From positions 186,001 to 250,000 of the forward strand of contig JBEUKZ010000066.1 of assembly GCA_048128005.1 (NCBI GenBank): a stretch of 64,000 bases of DNA, given 5' to 3'. Below are positions 36,673 through 51,094 of the stretch, in pieces (within the stretch, counting starts at the first letter, position 1; each line of letters begins with the position of its first letter). A program made the position numbers and the translations under genes. The notes beneath the pieces were generated by a model. That model was given only the letters and a program-made list of their open reading frames with translations, was not told where the DNA came from and did no database searches. Source of the DNA: Veleropilina oligotropha (lineage: Eukaryota).

Positions 36673-39600
36673 CAGTGAAGACTGGCAGTGAATCAGAATC
36701 TGAGTGTCCTGATGTCTTTTTGATATAAAGAGTCCATCTTCATATTATGTGATTTCAAACATGAGAATCAGTTATGAAGAATTAAAAGCTTTCTAATTCT
36801 GTGTTTTAGACTCATGTGGGACAGTTGAATTGTAATTACAGAAAAAGTACTTGACTGTATATATATATTCTGCATGTTATGTTGATATGCTGACTCGCCT
36901 ATATTCATAGATACTTGTCTCTGATGTATGTAGCTATGGTTGTTTATATTTATTAAATCAAGATCCAGTGTAATCCGGGATGAAAAAGTGGTATTGCAAA
37001 AACAACAGGATGAAAATAGGAAGCAAGCAATAACATAATAAAAATATCTTTGTAATGAGTAGATACCATGGAATAGAGAATAAAAAATAAGAATTTCAAA
37101 AGCTACCATTCATTGGAAGACATCTGCTATGGAATCTCTACATTTGACATTCTCATCAGGATTATTTCATAAACAAGTGTAATCCATTGATCTTTGTTAA
37201 CGACTCGGTTGGCTGCATATAAATTCAATTCGTCATCAATGAATCAGAAAATGTATCGGAAGTGATTTCTTTAAATTATCATACTGAAGATGTATCACAA
37301 TCAATCTATGTCTTTTGAAAGTGACCCAAATGTTGATAACGAAATTCATGGAGTGTATAGGTATCATGTCTCATGGAAAATAATATTTTCGTAACCATGG
37401 ATATGCAATCTGAGCTGGAACAACTGAGCAGTTGGAAGGTGATGGATCGGACGACACAAGTGCTTTTATCACTTACAAACTATTTTGGTGTGTTTGTGTT
37501 GTGTTCATTTACATTGATCAACAATTATGTAAATGTGTGATTTTTAATTAAATTGCATGCAAATATTCTGACTCTTGATCACCTTACGGATGCAGTAGGA
37601 TTGTTACGTTACTTTAATATGAAGATATAATTATATGTAATTTATGGCCGTGCATATCTTAATATTGTATAAACTTTGTGTCCTTTATGTTTAGAATGTA
37701 TCAGGTTTTGCCGTCCACAGTTAAATGTTTGCAAATTTGATAAATTTGCAAGCAAAAATATATATAGCAAGATCAATTAATCAATGTCATTGTGTACATA
37801 GCAATAGATAATCAGAATAGATTGTAAATTGAATAGTTCTTTATGTAAAAGATTTTATTTTAGCAATTATTTACAAAATTCTTATGCTTGGTAATAATTG
37901 TACTGAACATATCATGTAAAATATGGATACAGAGGACGTTAAATGTATTATCTGTTTATGTACATGTGAAAAGGAAATGCATATTTTTAATTTGATTTCA
38001 ATTTTTAATAGCAAAAGATTTGTGCATATTTAAGAAGTTTTATGCTATATTTATATATATATATATATATATTGTGTTAAAATCTGTACATTTGAAATTG
38101 ATGTCTCATATTTATTTAATTGTTGTTAAGATTTATCCCTTTACGTAGCTGCGTTGCTCAACTGCACGACAACCTGTCACCAGTGAATCCGTCCAACTAA
38201 CGCCAAGCTTGCTCAGATTCGGGATATAATTGTTATTTATTCTTTATTTTAGTCACAATGTTATTTTTGTACCTGCATAATGTGATATTCCCCTGTACAT
38301 GTTGACCTACTTAAGCAGGAAACATTCGTAGTGTTACGTTTGTGGGATATGTACATATATATTCCATTGTAAATAGTTTGAATGTTGCATAATTACATTA
38401 ATTTATTAACTCTTAATGATGTACGTTTGATTGGAAAACAACATTTGTCAATCATAAGATAAATACATGTACATGGTATTGTGTGTGAATACGAGCAAGT
38501 AGGAGATGTTATACAGGTGGGGACATTGCTCAGAAGTTAGCTGTTACAGTATCATGCTTAATAAATAGAACAATGGTAGCTTGACATCGTCAACTTGCAA
38601 CATATCAACTCGATAGTTTAAATATATATATCACCTGATTTTCGATGCATTACCCAGAATAGTTGATTAACTCCATCCACAAACGGAGAGAACTCTGACA
38701 TGACAACATGGGCCAGACCACGTAGTACAACAAGTTGACTTCATGTAATTCTGACATCGTCCTTTATCAAACTTCAGGAGATATCAATTTAATCAATCAA
38801 ACGCCACATTAGAAATGTGACATTTTAACTGCTGCTACTCATGCCTCATTTTTACTAGATCGATATTTTAACTAAATATTACATATTAATTAAATGTTTG
38901 TACACACGTCCCTAGCTTGTGCTTCAATCTGTTGTTGGTTTATGTGTAGGAATGGGTTAATGATTAATTGCTTTTGTGTGACAACGTTAGTTTCCATAAC
39001 GAGGCAGTATAGCTACAATAAAAGACATGTTGAGTACATATAAAAATCACAAGTATTACAGTCATTATTTTTGTAAATATAAATAAAGAATAATGTATTA
39101 ATCAGTCGCATAATATCAATTAGTTTCCTAGAATACAAACTTTCTGTGATACGGTTAAAATATGCAGTGACTGAGGCATTATCATGCAACGTTGAATAAT
39201 TCCAGGCGATTTGCCCTGCTCTGCACATGCATTCATTTTCCTTAGTATATACTCATGAGTGGATTAAACTTCCACCATTGCAGTCCTTTGCCAGTTTACA
39301 TTACCTGTCAGAGATAAAATGACCCCTCTTTTCCATACAGTATTAATACCGGTTACATTATTTGTGATAATATGCAAAAGCAATGATGCTATAGTGTCAT
39401 TAAGCCTGTACATATATTTGTAATCTAACATGTATTCGTAGTAACTTTTATCCGTTGGGCCAGTTTTCTAATTCGACATCTGTGAACATAGACATTAGTG
39501 GCTATGTTGTGCTATTATTACATGATTGGGTTAATGTTCATGAAACTTTTTCACTAAATTTTTCCTTAATAGCTATTTCTGGACACATACATTGTGCACT

Positions 39601-40230
39601 ATGTAATAACTGTTTTAGTATTTGCGGGTACAAGCTATTAAATAGCTGAACCGTTTTGTTGACGTAATAGTATAAATTATGATCTAATCTTTATTAACAG
39701 ACCATGATTATTTACCTTTCCAAGATTTACAAGAAGCTACTAAGATGTTTGGATATATACTGAAGTTATCCTATACGACTCGTTTACAATCCGTTGTGAT
39801 ATGTAACACAGTGCTAAATTAATATTTCACAATTTGAAGAATAGAAAATAACCAATTTCATTGTGCACACTTTTTTTACTAGAAAACATATTATATCAAT
39901 TGAAAATGCTTGAGAAAGTAAAATAATTATTTGAAATATTGTCGAGTTCAATCACAACCGTTTGTCATCAATTTTTCTCTATCATCATCGCTTCGATATC
40001 ATTTGTCCATCCTATTGTTATTCGAGCGAGCACTGAACTCATCGAGTCAGACACAATCTGCACAAATAACTTTCTATTTGTGGAGGTCATGAATAACGAA
40101 CTTATTTGAATTGCATTAATTACATTCAGGCTATAGAGCAATGCATAATCTATAAAAAGATGTAATACACACCACTAGTGTAAAGCTTATATGACCTGAA
40201 TAAAATGTGTGTTGATATTGCAGTTCATGT
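36673..40230 (+). other. Probable long TOGARAM1 3'UTR ending near AATAAA at 40199-40204
   Basis: AU-rich with no recognisable transposon until about 40340. The AATAAA is followed by GT/T-rich sequence. Earlier AATAAA sites exist (e.g. 37079), so the end point is uncertain. Confidence 0.45.
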
Positions 40231-41029
40231 CTTTATTTTAGATAAGTTTATTCCAGTAAATAGCTGGAGATTGTACCTAGGTGTCTGGTTTATAGTCAAA
40301 CCTACCTGGTCATAGTCCACCCGTCCCTTTTGCAGAAGATTTAGGGCCGTATTCAGAAACGCTACTTTCTTTCAAAGTGATACTTACAGCGTGAAAGGGG
40401 CGCTTAAGTTATTCAAGAACAGTCTTGTAAGGCTGACTTTTCTGATGGTTGAAGTATAAACTTTCTAAAGTAGAAAATCCCAAGTGATACTTGCAGCGCA
40501 TTTCATAGACGCCACTTACAGCAAAGTGAACACTCTAAAACGGGGAAAAGTATTTTTTTGTCTGAAAGTGTGGTCATAACCACACTGTCAAGATGAAAGG
40601 AAATGGCGAACTGAGAACGACTACGCCAGTCCGTGTCGTTGAACCCATACATCCGTCTAGAAATATATAAGCCAAGGATGCGGAAAATGAAAAGGAAGGC
40701 TTTATCCGTAATTTTCTTTCCAAAATACCAGATAGTAGAGAAAATACTTATTTGAGTGAGTTTTCCGTATTATGAGCATTTATTGACTTTAAAAGGAGGC
40801 ATGCGCAAATAGTCTATATCAACATACTAGTACATTCGAAAAGCTATAATCAGCACTGTGTAGTTTGCCTCTTCGTTATGGGGATATCTATTGTTGTAAT
40901 TTGTTATTAGGTCTGGCTTTCCGTGATCTTGCTGCCTACGACCGGAGTGACACTCTGATCCATTGGAAAGTGGAAGGATTCTGCTGACACTAACAGTAGT
41001 GGATTTGAATCTCTGTTGGGACATGACAT

Positions 41030-41725
41030 TATTATGCCCCCACAAACGAAGTTTAGGGGGGCATATAAGAGTCGGCTTGTCTGTCCATCCATCTGTCTGT
41101 TGCAAATTCCCTTCCACTCCATACCTGGACACTATTTGACCGAGGGACACGAAACTTGATGTGTGCATGCGTCATAACCCCAAGGTGTGTCGCGAACCGA
41201 AAGTAGGTCACCACGACCTACTTTTCATGCTTGACTGCACTTAATCCAAAATTCCCTTGTGCTCAATGCGACCTACTTTTCGGACTTGACCGCATTTGGT
41301 CCAAAATTCCCTTCCGCTCCATATTCCATACTATTTGACCGAGGGACACGAAACTTGATGTGTGCATGCATCATAACCCAATGGTCTGTCGCGTACCAAA
41401 AGTAGATCGCCACGACCTACTTTTCACGCTTGCCCACATTTGGTCCAAAATTCCATTCCACTCAATATCTCCCATACTATTTGACCGAGGGACATAAAAC
41501 TTTATGTGTATGCGTCATAACTGAAAAGTATTTCGCGTACCTCAAGTAGGTCACCACGACATACTTTTCACACTTGACCGCATTCAGTCTAAAATTCCCT
41601 TCCGCTCCATATCTCCCATACTATTTGATTGAGGGACATGAAACTTCATGTGTGTATGCAACAGCCTGCTCCTGGGTCAAATGCTTTCGTGGGGGCATAT
41701 GATCACTCCTGTGATAGCTCGTTTT
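41030..41725 (+). mobile_element. HINE-like element, same family as 27050-27647
   Basis: Collinear high similarity with 27050-27647 but a different number of internal units. Confidence 0.75.
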
Positions 41726-41949
41726 TTCAGTTGTTATGAATCTTAGTTATCTGTAACTGGTAGGTGAGGGAGAGTTTCCCCGGGCGACGTCTTGCTTTGG
41801 AAATATACAGGACATTAATTATAGCATCGATCCTTTCCTATTAAATAAGACCTTAACCATAATGAAAACAAATTTATTTGCAAAATTAGTTTCATGGGTC
41901 TAGCTTATAATTTTTTTCGTAGTATTCTTTTTGTGTGATAATACATTTT

Positions 41950-42748
41950 AATCGCTCTCCCACTAGGCGAGTGTGGACTTTCGAGTGGGAGCGAGTAGAG
42001 AATACGGCGCATTTTCGGTACTTCCCCACAGCTCAGGCTTTTACTCAACTTTGGAAATCCGGTTTTTCATCGCGTCGTTAATGTTAAATCCATGGGGACT
42101 AGCAACAGGTGAACCTCGGTCAGTCCAGGCTCATGGGGCGGTCCGGTGTATATACGTTTGTAAAGCCAATACAACTACGTACCCATCACGTGTATCTTAT
42201 CGCAAGCTGCATTTGCCTTTAGTAGAAATTGACAAGGTAGATAATACGCGGAGTGTGAAAATTTAAGACGAATAAAAGTCGGAGCTCCTTAAATATGTAT
42301 AAAAGCCGGATCTGTGGGGAAGTACCGAAAGAGCACCGAGAATACTATCATACGCATGTTCTCTCCCACTATGCGAGTGTCGGACTGTCTGCTAGTAACG
42401 TTTGCGTTCACAGGATATCGCGCTATATATGCGACAGTGAAACGATGGTGACAATACCCAAAAGCAGATATTGAATTTGTACAGGGATAATAGTAAAGCA
42501 TACTTGTCACTCCCATTGCCTTGGATTTCTCTTTGCATAGTCTGTCCCTTTGTCTTGATATGGTACATAATCTCATTTTCTTTGAACCACCGCACAATAA
42601 ACATCCTCTTCCTACTCGCTAAGTTGATCGCGCTCTCATTTGAGTGGCTCCGTTTTCTGTTCTTCTCTGGCATTGGGCCGAATTACCGGTACAATTTTAT
42701 TTCTTGTGGATGATGAAAATTCACTCGCTGGACTTGCGGAGAGCGATT
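41950..42748. mobile_element. Probable MITE with ctctcccacta.gcgagt subrepeats
   Basis: IR aatcgctctcc / ggagagcgatt; boundaries uncertain. Confidence 0.4.
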
Positions 42749-43760
42749 TGTGCTCTAACACCAGCGAGTCACCTTGCTGAGTTCGCAACGTTTTGAATAT
42801 ATCCAAAACCTTGCGAGTACTCGCAGCATTTGCGAGTACATTGTAGTCCCTCTCCCACTACGCGAGTTCTTGACACCTTAACTCGGCTTGATTAAATTTG
42901 GTATGCTAACTCACCTTGACCAACCCTTGTACGTGGCAATATAATTTTTCATGTGTGAACATTGACACAAAATTCAGGATACAGCTTTTGTCCACGTTGA
43001 TTTTCCATGTACGACCTTTGACTTCGCTCAAAATATAGAATGGAGATTTTGTCTGGACTATATATACCATATATATATATGTCACTGTGATTTAAATTGG
43101 TATGCTAACTTGCCATGACCTAAGCTTGCACATGGCGATGCAAGTTTTCATGAGCGTCTTACCTATAATCTAGGATTGAGCTTTTGTCCAGCCTATATCT
43201 CTGCTACTATATATTATGCCACCTTCAATTATTTCATTTTGGTGTGCTACCTCACCATAACCTACCCTTGTATGGGACGACAATTTTTTGTGTGCGACCT
43301 CTGACCTTTAAACACCATTTAGCCAAGGCTACTGAAAAGGTCAACGTTACAGAGATTTATATAAGTCCGATTGCTATATACGGTGCGGTACTCGTGGGGG
43401 TGACCGTTTTTGTTAAATTGACGGAGATGGTGTTTACTTAAAACTAACAATAAATTAACTGATAACAGGGAGTTTATTTAACAACATCATATAAGCATAA
43501 TATAATATTCTTCAATAATCAACAAAATAAATTATATCATACCACAGTAAAACAAAGTATATTTCTCATTATAAATAAAATGTCTAATAGATGCTTTAGC
43601 GAATATGCCAAATATGATACTTCAAATAAATGTCTGCTGCAATATCTAGTATACATATATTAATATGTATATTTTAACCATTGTTGTGACGTCATTCTAT
43701 TGGCCATGGTTTAATTAGCCATATTGCTAATTAGACCATGGGTGTGTACTTTCATTCACT

Positions 43761-44415
43761 AACAAGAGCTGTCAGAAGGACAGCAAGCTCTACTATCAAA
43801 AGCTGGATCGATGAATGGAAATAATTTGGTAAAAATGAAGCTAGAGTTATGGCCCTTGTATTGCAAGTTCGCATAATGATGTGACAAGTGTATGAAGTTT
43901 CAAGGCTGTAGTGTGAACACTTTGTGAGAAAAGGCCCTTCATGCAAAATGTTAACCTGAAGTTGACTTTGTGAGAAAAGGCCCTTCATGCAAAACATTAA
44001 CCTGAATTGTCTAAGTCGAAAAAGGGGAATAATTTGGTAAAATAACGAAGCCAGATTTATTACGCCTGTAATGTAAGGTCGCATAATGACGTTGAACAAG
44101 TGTATGAAGTTTGAAAGGTGTAGTGTGAAAAATTTGTGAGAAAAGACCCTTCATGCAAAACATTAACCTGAATTGTCTAAGTCGAAAAAGGGGAATAATT
44201 TGGTAAAACAACGAAGCCAGAGTTATTACGCCTAATATGTAAGGTCGCATAATGACATTGAACAAGTGTATGAAGTTTGAAAGTTGTAGTTTGAAAAATT
44301 TGTGAGAAAAGACCCTTCATGCAAAATGTTAACCTGAAGTTTGACGCCAACGCCGACGCCGACGACAGGGTGACTGCAATAGCTCGTACTATTTTAGAAT
44401 AGTCGAGCTAAAAAC
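43761..44415 (-). mobile_element. HINE-like element with internal tandem repeats
   Basis: aacaagagctgtc...gacagc hairpin, repeated cccttcatgcaaaa units, (gacgcc)n, terminal agctcg...cgagct hairpin. Confidence 0.7.
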
Positions 44416-44479
44416 GGGTTTATTAAAATCATATTTAAAATCAGTTCACATTATTTCAATGGTTGAAGTCGGTTGTATC

Positions 44480-44590
44480 ACATGGTTTTTGTTGTCTAAT
44501 CAGATGGCCTGTGCAGTTAAAGAACTCTGCGCTACGTGCCTCATGGTTTAACGGCGGCTTTCTCCGATTAGACAACCAAACATTGTGGTA
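44480..44590. mobile_element. Miniature inverted-repeat element, single-unit relative of the 7096-7721 array
   Basis: ttgtctaatc...gattagacaa IR enclosing the reverse complement of ttaaacca.gaggcacgtagc. Confidence 0.65.
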
Positions 44591-44605
44591 TAATAATATA
44601 TACAT

Positions 44606-47600
44606 AATTAAAGCTGCAAAGCAGCTGTCGAGGGCTTCAAGCTGATCGCATCCTTTAGCACGCAGCCATCTTGTCTTATGCCCGATTGATTTTTCGCACG
44701 CAATATAACGTCATCATAAAGTTTCGCCTCGAGGTCGGACCACACCCAAAATCTCTAGGTGCAGTGTCCTCTCCCAAACCAATGCACATACCAAATTTGA
44801 TAACATTCTGTTAAGAAATGGCCTGTCTTGAGAGATCACGAGGAATCTCTCAGAGGTGGCCATCTTGAATGTCGTTCCACATCCGCAATCTATAAGTGTC
44901 GTGTCTGAATTTTACTAATATATACATATGGCTACTCTGAATCGAATGCCGCAAATTTCAGGTCTGTACGCCACGTATGTCTAGAGTTCTGGCTATGTGG
45001 CAGCCATTTTGTTCTTTAGAATTGTTTTAATTGTCCTAATTTAAAATATCTAAGCTCTAGCATCAATATTAACCGAGTTGTCCATTTTCTGGCAAACATG
45101 TCTTTTTCCTTAATTAGGTCATTTTCCGCAATGTAGGTCAACTGAGGTCAAGGTCACATGTGGAAAATCAACCATGACTTCCCATAGGCTCCCCATAGTA
45201 ACCATGTGTCCGTGATGCATCCTTTTTGAAACAAATGCTCTAATGGCCGCCGAGGCACTTCCTGCGTTTCAATTTTATCTGGCAAATCGAAAATTCCAAT
45301 TAGCAAACGTAACTTAGCATATGCAGTAATATGTCTGCGAAGTTTGAACAGTCTAGTCAAAGCACAATAAGAGTTACGGCAAATTTAACTTTTTACGAAA
45401 ATTAAAAATTTGTATGCTCATTTAAAATATCAAAGATCTAGCATCAATATTAACAGAGTTGACAATTTGCTGACTACCCGTAGCTGGCCATTTCCTGCAT
45501 TTTTGTAGTTCGGAATCTCTTCATGCAGTATATCCTGATACTGTATCAGCATGTTACATGGTGACATTGATATATGCCTAACAACCATTGGATTGACATG
45601 CAACGGAGGAATCCGCTACCGTGTTCACTTCAGTTGTCAACCAACTGTTAATGATGTTAATGACTCTGCAGTCAGACTAAAATGAAGTTAACATTTAATG
45701 GTCAATCGATGATTCAAATTTCATGAAACTTGAAATATGTATTGTACAGATATTAATGTTCGATTTAAATTTCAACATGATGACAGAATTATTAACTGTT
45801 TTATCAATGTTTTAAACTTTAAATTTAATATTATGGTTAAATACGAACAATTGTCAATATTTTAGATACATATTCCTTTAGAGCTATTTCATGAGAATCA
45901 AATGAATTATTTTGTCTGTAATTTCACCTAAAATTAAAGGAATGGCAGCCGTTTTAAATTTTTAAATTGAAATCGTCATGCGTGTATGCTGACAGCTTTT
46001 CGTTCACAAAACAGTATAAAGATGCTATGACGTCGGCACCTGTCGATATTCACTTCACACGGACCAACAAGTAACGAGGAAATGGCATCTTAAATATTTT
46101 AATCAATTTAATATTCTGACGTAACCACAATTCACATCAACGATCTCTTTGCGGCAAACAGAACTTAGCGTGGGCACCCACCCCTAAGCAAAAGTTACAC
46201 AGAATAGTTAAACCGAATAAGAGCTATCGTCGATTTAAAAAGTGTTGAAAAAAACAGTGTTTTTGCAATATTCAGACGCCCGCAGAGGCCTCCATTTGCG
46301 ACCGATCGCTTTTTCGCTTGCAATTTAAACTCGCCTTAATACGTCAATCATATCTGGAAAGTCTTGCCACGCTGTCATCGGTGGTTTTTGGGAAGATTTT
46401 TTTAAACATTTACTAAATTCAAGATGGCGGCCGAACAACGTGCACTACGAAGTCAATTTTTTGTGCCGCCCTGCCTTGCTCGTAGACCAACGTTATTTGA
46501 AAGTTTCAGACCCCTGGATATTGCTGTTTTCAAGTTACCTCTGGGAGGAAAAACGTGGCATAATAATAATAATAATTAAAGCTGCAAGCAGCTGTTAGGG
46601 CTCCAATTCAGGGACCAGTTTACAGGCACTCGCAAACACAGCATCTACCCACACACCAAATTTCAGCTTTCTACCTGCCATATCATCGAATTAGGTCAAT
46701 TACTGCCGAACCAGTGGCGCCACTTAGCTGAAAAGTTTACAGGCGCTTAATGAACACCATATCTACCTGAAAACCAAATTTCAGCTTTCTACCCCAAAAA
46801 TCTTCGAATTAGGTCAATTACTGCCAAACCAGTGGCGCCACCTAGCTGAAAAATGTACAGGCGCTTAATAAACACCATATCTACCTGCAAACCAAATTTC
46901 AGCTTTCTACCCCCAAAATCATGGAATTAGGTCAATTACTGCCGAACCAGTGGCGCCACCTAGCTGAAAAATGTACAGGCGCTTAATAAACACCATATCT
47001 ACCTGCAAACCAAATTTCAGCTTTCTACCCCCAAAATCATGGAATTAGGTCAATTACAGCTAACTGGGTCATCTGAGGCCAAAGGTCATGGTCATTTTCT
47101 AAAGCTTACCCATGACTTCCCATAGGCTCCCCATTGTAACTATATGTCTAAGATGCACCGTTTACAAGATACAGCCCCTTGAAACAATTTCCATAATGGC
47201 GTCCGATTTCCGCCAACTTGGAAATGCGATGTCAAATACGTTCCCACTACCCATTGCACTCCATCCCCTGCGGTTTTTCCGAGTTCGGCAATTTTTCGCT
47301 AATTAGGTCACTGAGGTCAAAGGTCAAGGTCATTTTCGAAAGTTTACCCATGACTTCCCATAAGCTCCCCATAGTAACTATATGACTAAGATGCACCGTT
47401 TACAAGATATAGCCCCTTTAAACATTTTCAGTAATGTCGAGGCCTTCAGCCCTTTTTCAGAACCTGAAGCCCTAATAATTATAAATATATAGAACTGGTC
47501 ACTGGGACTGAGTACATGCGTATAGAGTCAACAAATCAGCATCATAAAGTGCCTACACCAGGCAGCCTTTACGACATCTGCAAGACCAGATCATAAAATG

Positions 47601-49607
47601 CCACAACTTCATTCATGATAACATCATAAATGCTGTAATCGCCTTCGTAAGACTGTAGTAGGAATAAAAATATGTCTTATAAACATAAAAAATATTGATC
47701 ATATGCATGCCAAAATTTCCAATTAAAATGATCTTAATACAGTATAGTTTCAGTGAAAATTTAACTTAAATCGGATAATGGTGACCGCTGAAATAAAAAA
47801 GTGTGATTTTTTCAAAATTATTGAGAGATTCATATGGCCGTAACTGCCTTGCTTTTGTTCCGATAACATTTTCGCTTTCAAACATTTTTCTTCACATAGT
47901 GAAGATCATTATTTAGGAACATCGCGTACCTCACTTCAGCCGTTTGGCCGAAGAAGATGGTATAAAAAGGTGCTTTTTTAAAGAAAAAACCTTAATTGCC
48001 GCTAAGCCAGTGGCGCCGCATAGCAGAAATTAAGTGCGATTCAACTTCAGTACCATAGCTACATGTTTACCATTTTTAGAGTTTTTGCTTTAAGCGGTTT
48101 GGAAGTTATCACTGGTACAAAACTCAGACGGAATAATAAGGGTTTTATGACTGTTGTTGCCTGTGTCTTCTGTGATCCATGGCTGTCCTTAATTGGCTCT
48201 TAATGAAACAAGACCATAAATGACTGGGAGCGGGCAGATTTTATGACCTCTGCAACAGCTGGCTGTAATAGCCTTACTGATAATAAAACAGTTGTCTGAT
48301 AAAGTCAGAGATATTGATGATATACATACCAAAATTTCCACATATAATGATCTTAATAAAGTATAATATCCCTGAAAATTTTAATTCATTATGATGTTTA
48401 CAAGCGACGTTATTGAGGTCTATAATATCAAAGATCATTGCTTAATAACTTCAAAAAAACTCATTTTAGTGATGTTTATTATTCATATTATATTTGATAA
48501 CTTTGATATGAACAAATAAATTGTTTTGCGTTTCATATAGTTAAAAATTAAAGAAGTTAGAAAGTGAAAGTAGAAATTATGTGATTTCATAAATGGGTTG
48601 CTCTATCGGAAGTGAACCGCTCACCCCAGAAACCGGAAATTGCAAATAGTTATGTCTAAGGATCTATGCTACAACTTTGTCGCTGACAAGTGGGGTGTTA
48701 CAGCCGACTTTGTTGGTCATTATTTGAATTAAGTCAAACAAGATATCCGCCAAACCCACCCGTACCACGTGACCGGAAGCACTAATCCCACGCAATATAA
48801 ATAGCTATACTAGTACTAGAGACCCTCACCAAATTTCAAACCGATCGCTTCAGCCGTTTCGGAGAAGAAGATTTTTTAAAAGTGCTGAAATTTCGAGCAA
48901 AATCCAAGATGGCGGCCAAACCACCACCACCACCGAAAAAAAAAATTCACGTTTCAGCATCACCACTATATGCACCTATATACCAAATATGAAGCCTGTA
49001 GCTGTAGCCGTTATTGAGTTATCCTTGCCACAAAAATCGGCGGAATGTAGGTCACCTGAGGTCAAAGGTCAAGGTCATTTTCGAAAGCCCACCCATGACT
49101 TCCCATAGGCTCTCCATAGTAACCATGGGTCTACGTTGCATCATTTCCAAGATATAGCCATTTTAAATTGATTCCACTATGGCCGGATCTTCAGACGCAC
49201 GCAGCGGCCTCCTTTTACGACCGATCGATTTTTCGCTCGCAATTTAACTTCCCTTTAGTACGCCAATCATATCTGGAAAGTCTTCCCTCGCTGTCATTGG
49301 CGGTTTTTGAGAAGAAGATTTTTTTAGAGTTTTAATATATTCAAAATGGCGGGCCAAACCGCCGCCACCACCGGAAAAAAAAAAATTACGTTTCAGCATC
49401 ACCACTATATGCACCTATATACCAAATATGAAGCCTGTAGCTGTAGCCGTTATTGAGTTATCCTTGCCACAAAAATCGGCGGAATAATAATAATAATAAC
49501 AAAACGGATAATATCAATAGGGCTCCAAGCGAGCTAAAGCTTGGAGCCCTAATAAACGGAACAATTTCAAGAGGTCTTCAAGACTTTCATACACTTGAAG
49601 CCCTAAT
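44606..49607 (-). mobile_element. Nested or composite Helentron-like elements (attagggc...gcttgcagctttaatt family) with 118-bp internal repeats
   Basis: Termini at about 44606, 46573, 47476, 49552 and 49607; aattaggtcaattac at 46689, 46807, 46925, 47043. Confidence 0.7.
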
Positions 49608-50238
49608 AATGTACAGTATAACCAATCAATCATGCATATTATCACATTAAGGACACTAACCTCTGAAAAAGCCATTGAAACTATGCAATCAAAGTTTTAA
49701 AGTCTTGAGCAGGGTCATACATCACTCACTCCAATGTCCTCTGAGAGTCGGTGGTTAGCGTGTTTGATGCTCAACTGACGCTGTTGGGTGGCTTGAATTT
49801 GAATCCAGCTGGCAGCTCATTTTACCATGTAAAATAGTACAAGACACACCCTATTATAGGCTATATGTCCGTCAGATCGAAGCGAGACCAAAAATTGGGT
49901 GTCATGACTGCGATACGACTGAAAAACTGTCAAGTGTCCATAAAACATGTTACCAATCAATTCATATGCACCGGTGTTAAAAGAATGCTTGTATAAGAAC
50001 GAGTTCACTGCCTTTAAAACATTTCTGTGACGTCATCTATTGTTCTGGGCAGTTGTTTATTCTGCCTATTCAATCGAAGAACAAAGCTTTGTTGGCCCAG
50101 CCGTTGAATAGTTTAAAGGCATTCAACTAATACATGGCAATTAAGACTTTCATTCAACTTATCCACTCCAATCAACTACAATAGAGGTACCTGGTGGGGA
50201 ATGAGGCTATTGTTCAATGGTGAAATGTTTTAAGTGAC

Positions 50239-50313
50239 AAACTACTCGATAGCGTTGAATAGTTCAGAGAAAACAATGGTGTCTCTGAACTATTCAACGC
50301 TATCGAGTAGTTT
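50239..50313. repeat. Perfect 32-bp inverted repeat with 11-nt loop
   Basis: aaactactcgatagcgttgaatagttcagaga / tctctgaactattcaacgctatcgagtagttt. Confidence 0.92.
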
Positions 50314-50546
50314 ATCCCATACAGAGAAAACGCGTTTGATTTAACATTTACTGTAGTTTTATCTTTCTTTGGCCGCGTATCCTCTCTTCTGATTGGCTGA
50401 CGTCATTTTACTAACTGTAGACATACCCCGGCCAGGCAATGTATATTAAAGCTTATACCACGGCAGACGTCATATTGCTTGTGACGTCACTTGTTCTGAT
50501 TGAACAACCATGAGTATGCGTTACTGAAGCTGTCGTCTGTTTCAGT

Positions 50547-50676
50547 CAAATGTAAACATTGCCATTTTCAATGCTTATACGCCCTACACCACGGTTATGA
50601 TTATAAATAACAAATGTAAACATTGCCATTTTCAATGCTTATACGCCCTACACCACGGTTATGATTATAAATAACA
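50547..50676. repeat. Exact 64-bp tandem duplication
   Basis: caaatgtaaacattgcc...gattataaataa at 50547 and 50611. Confidence 0.92.
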
Positions 50677-50747
50677 ACAGTTTTGAGCCAAATAAAAGAG
50701 TGTTCATGATCAGTTAGGTTAGCATAATATCAAAGCAAGATAAATAT

Positions 50748-50879
50748 GTTGTCGAGCAACGTCTTGGTAAACACGGTGCATTGAATACCTTATAACGTTA
50801 AACCACTCTGCTAGCACCTTCTGGTTCAACATCATGCGGTATTCAATGCACCATGTTTACCACGACGTCACTCGACAAC
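50748..50879. mobile_element. Hairpin MITE-like element
   Basis: Imperfect arms of about 42 bp, gttgtcgag...ttgaatacc / ggtattcaa...ctcgacaac. Confidence 0.65.
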
Positions 50880-51094
50880 TTATAATAACCATGTCGGGCA
50901 TGTGGCTTTCACTGGATATTCATTCATATCCTCCCATTATCTTACGGAAGTTTGCAAATGTGACTCGGACAGAATATTAACATGACAATAGACCTCAATT
51001 CAAATCGAATTAAAAGTAAAATTCTTACATAAACCAGTCTTTGTCAAATTATACATTGAAAGTTATGATTAAAAAATAATTCATAACTTTAATC

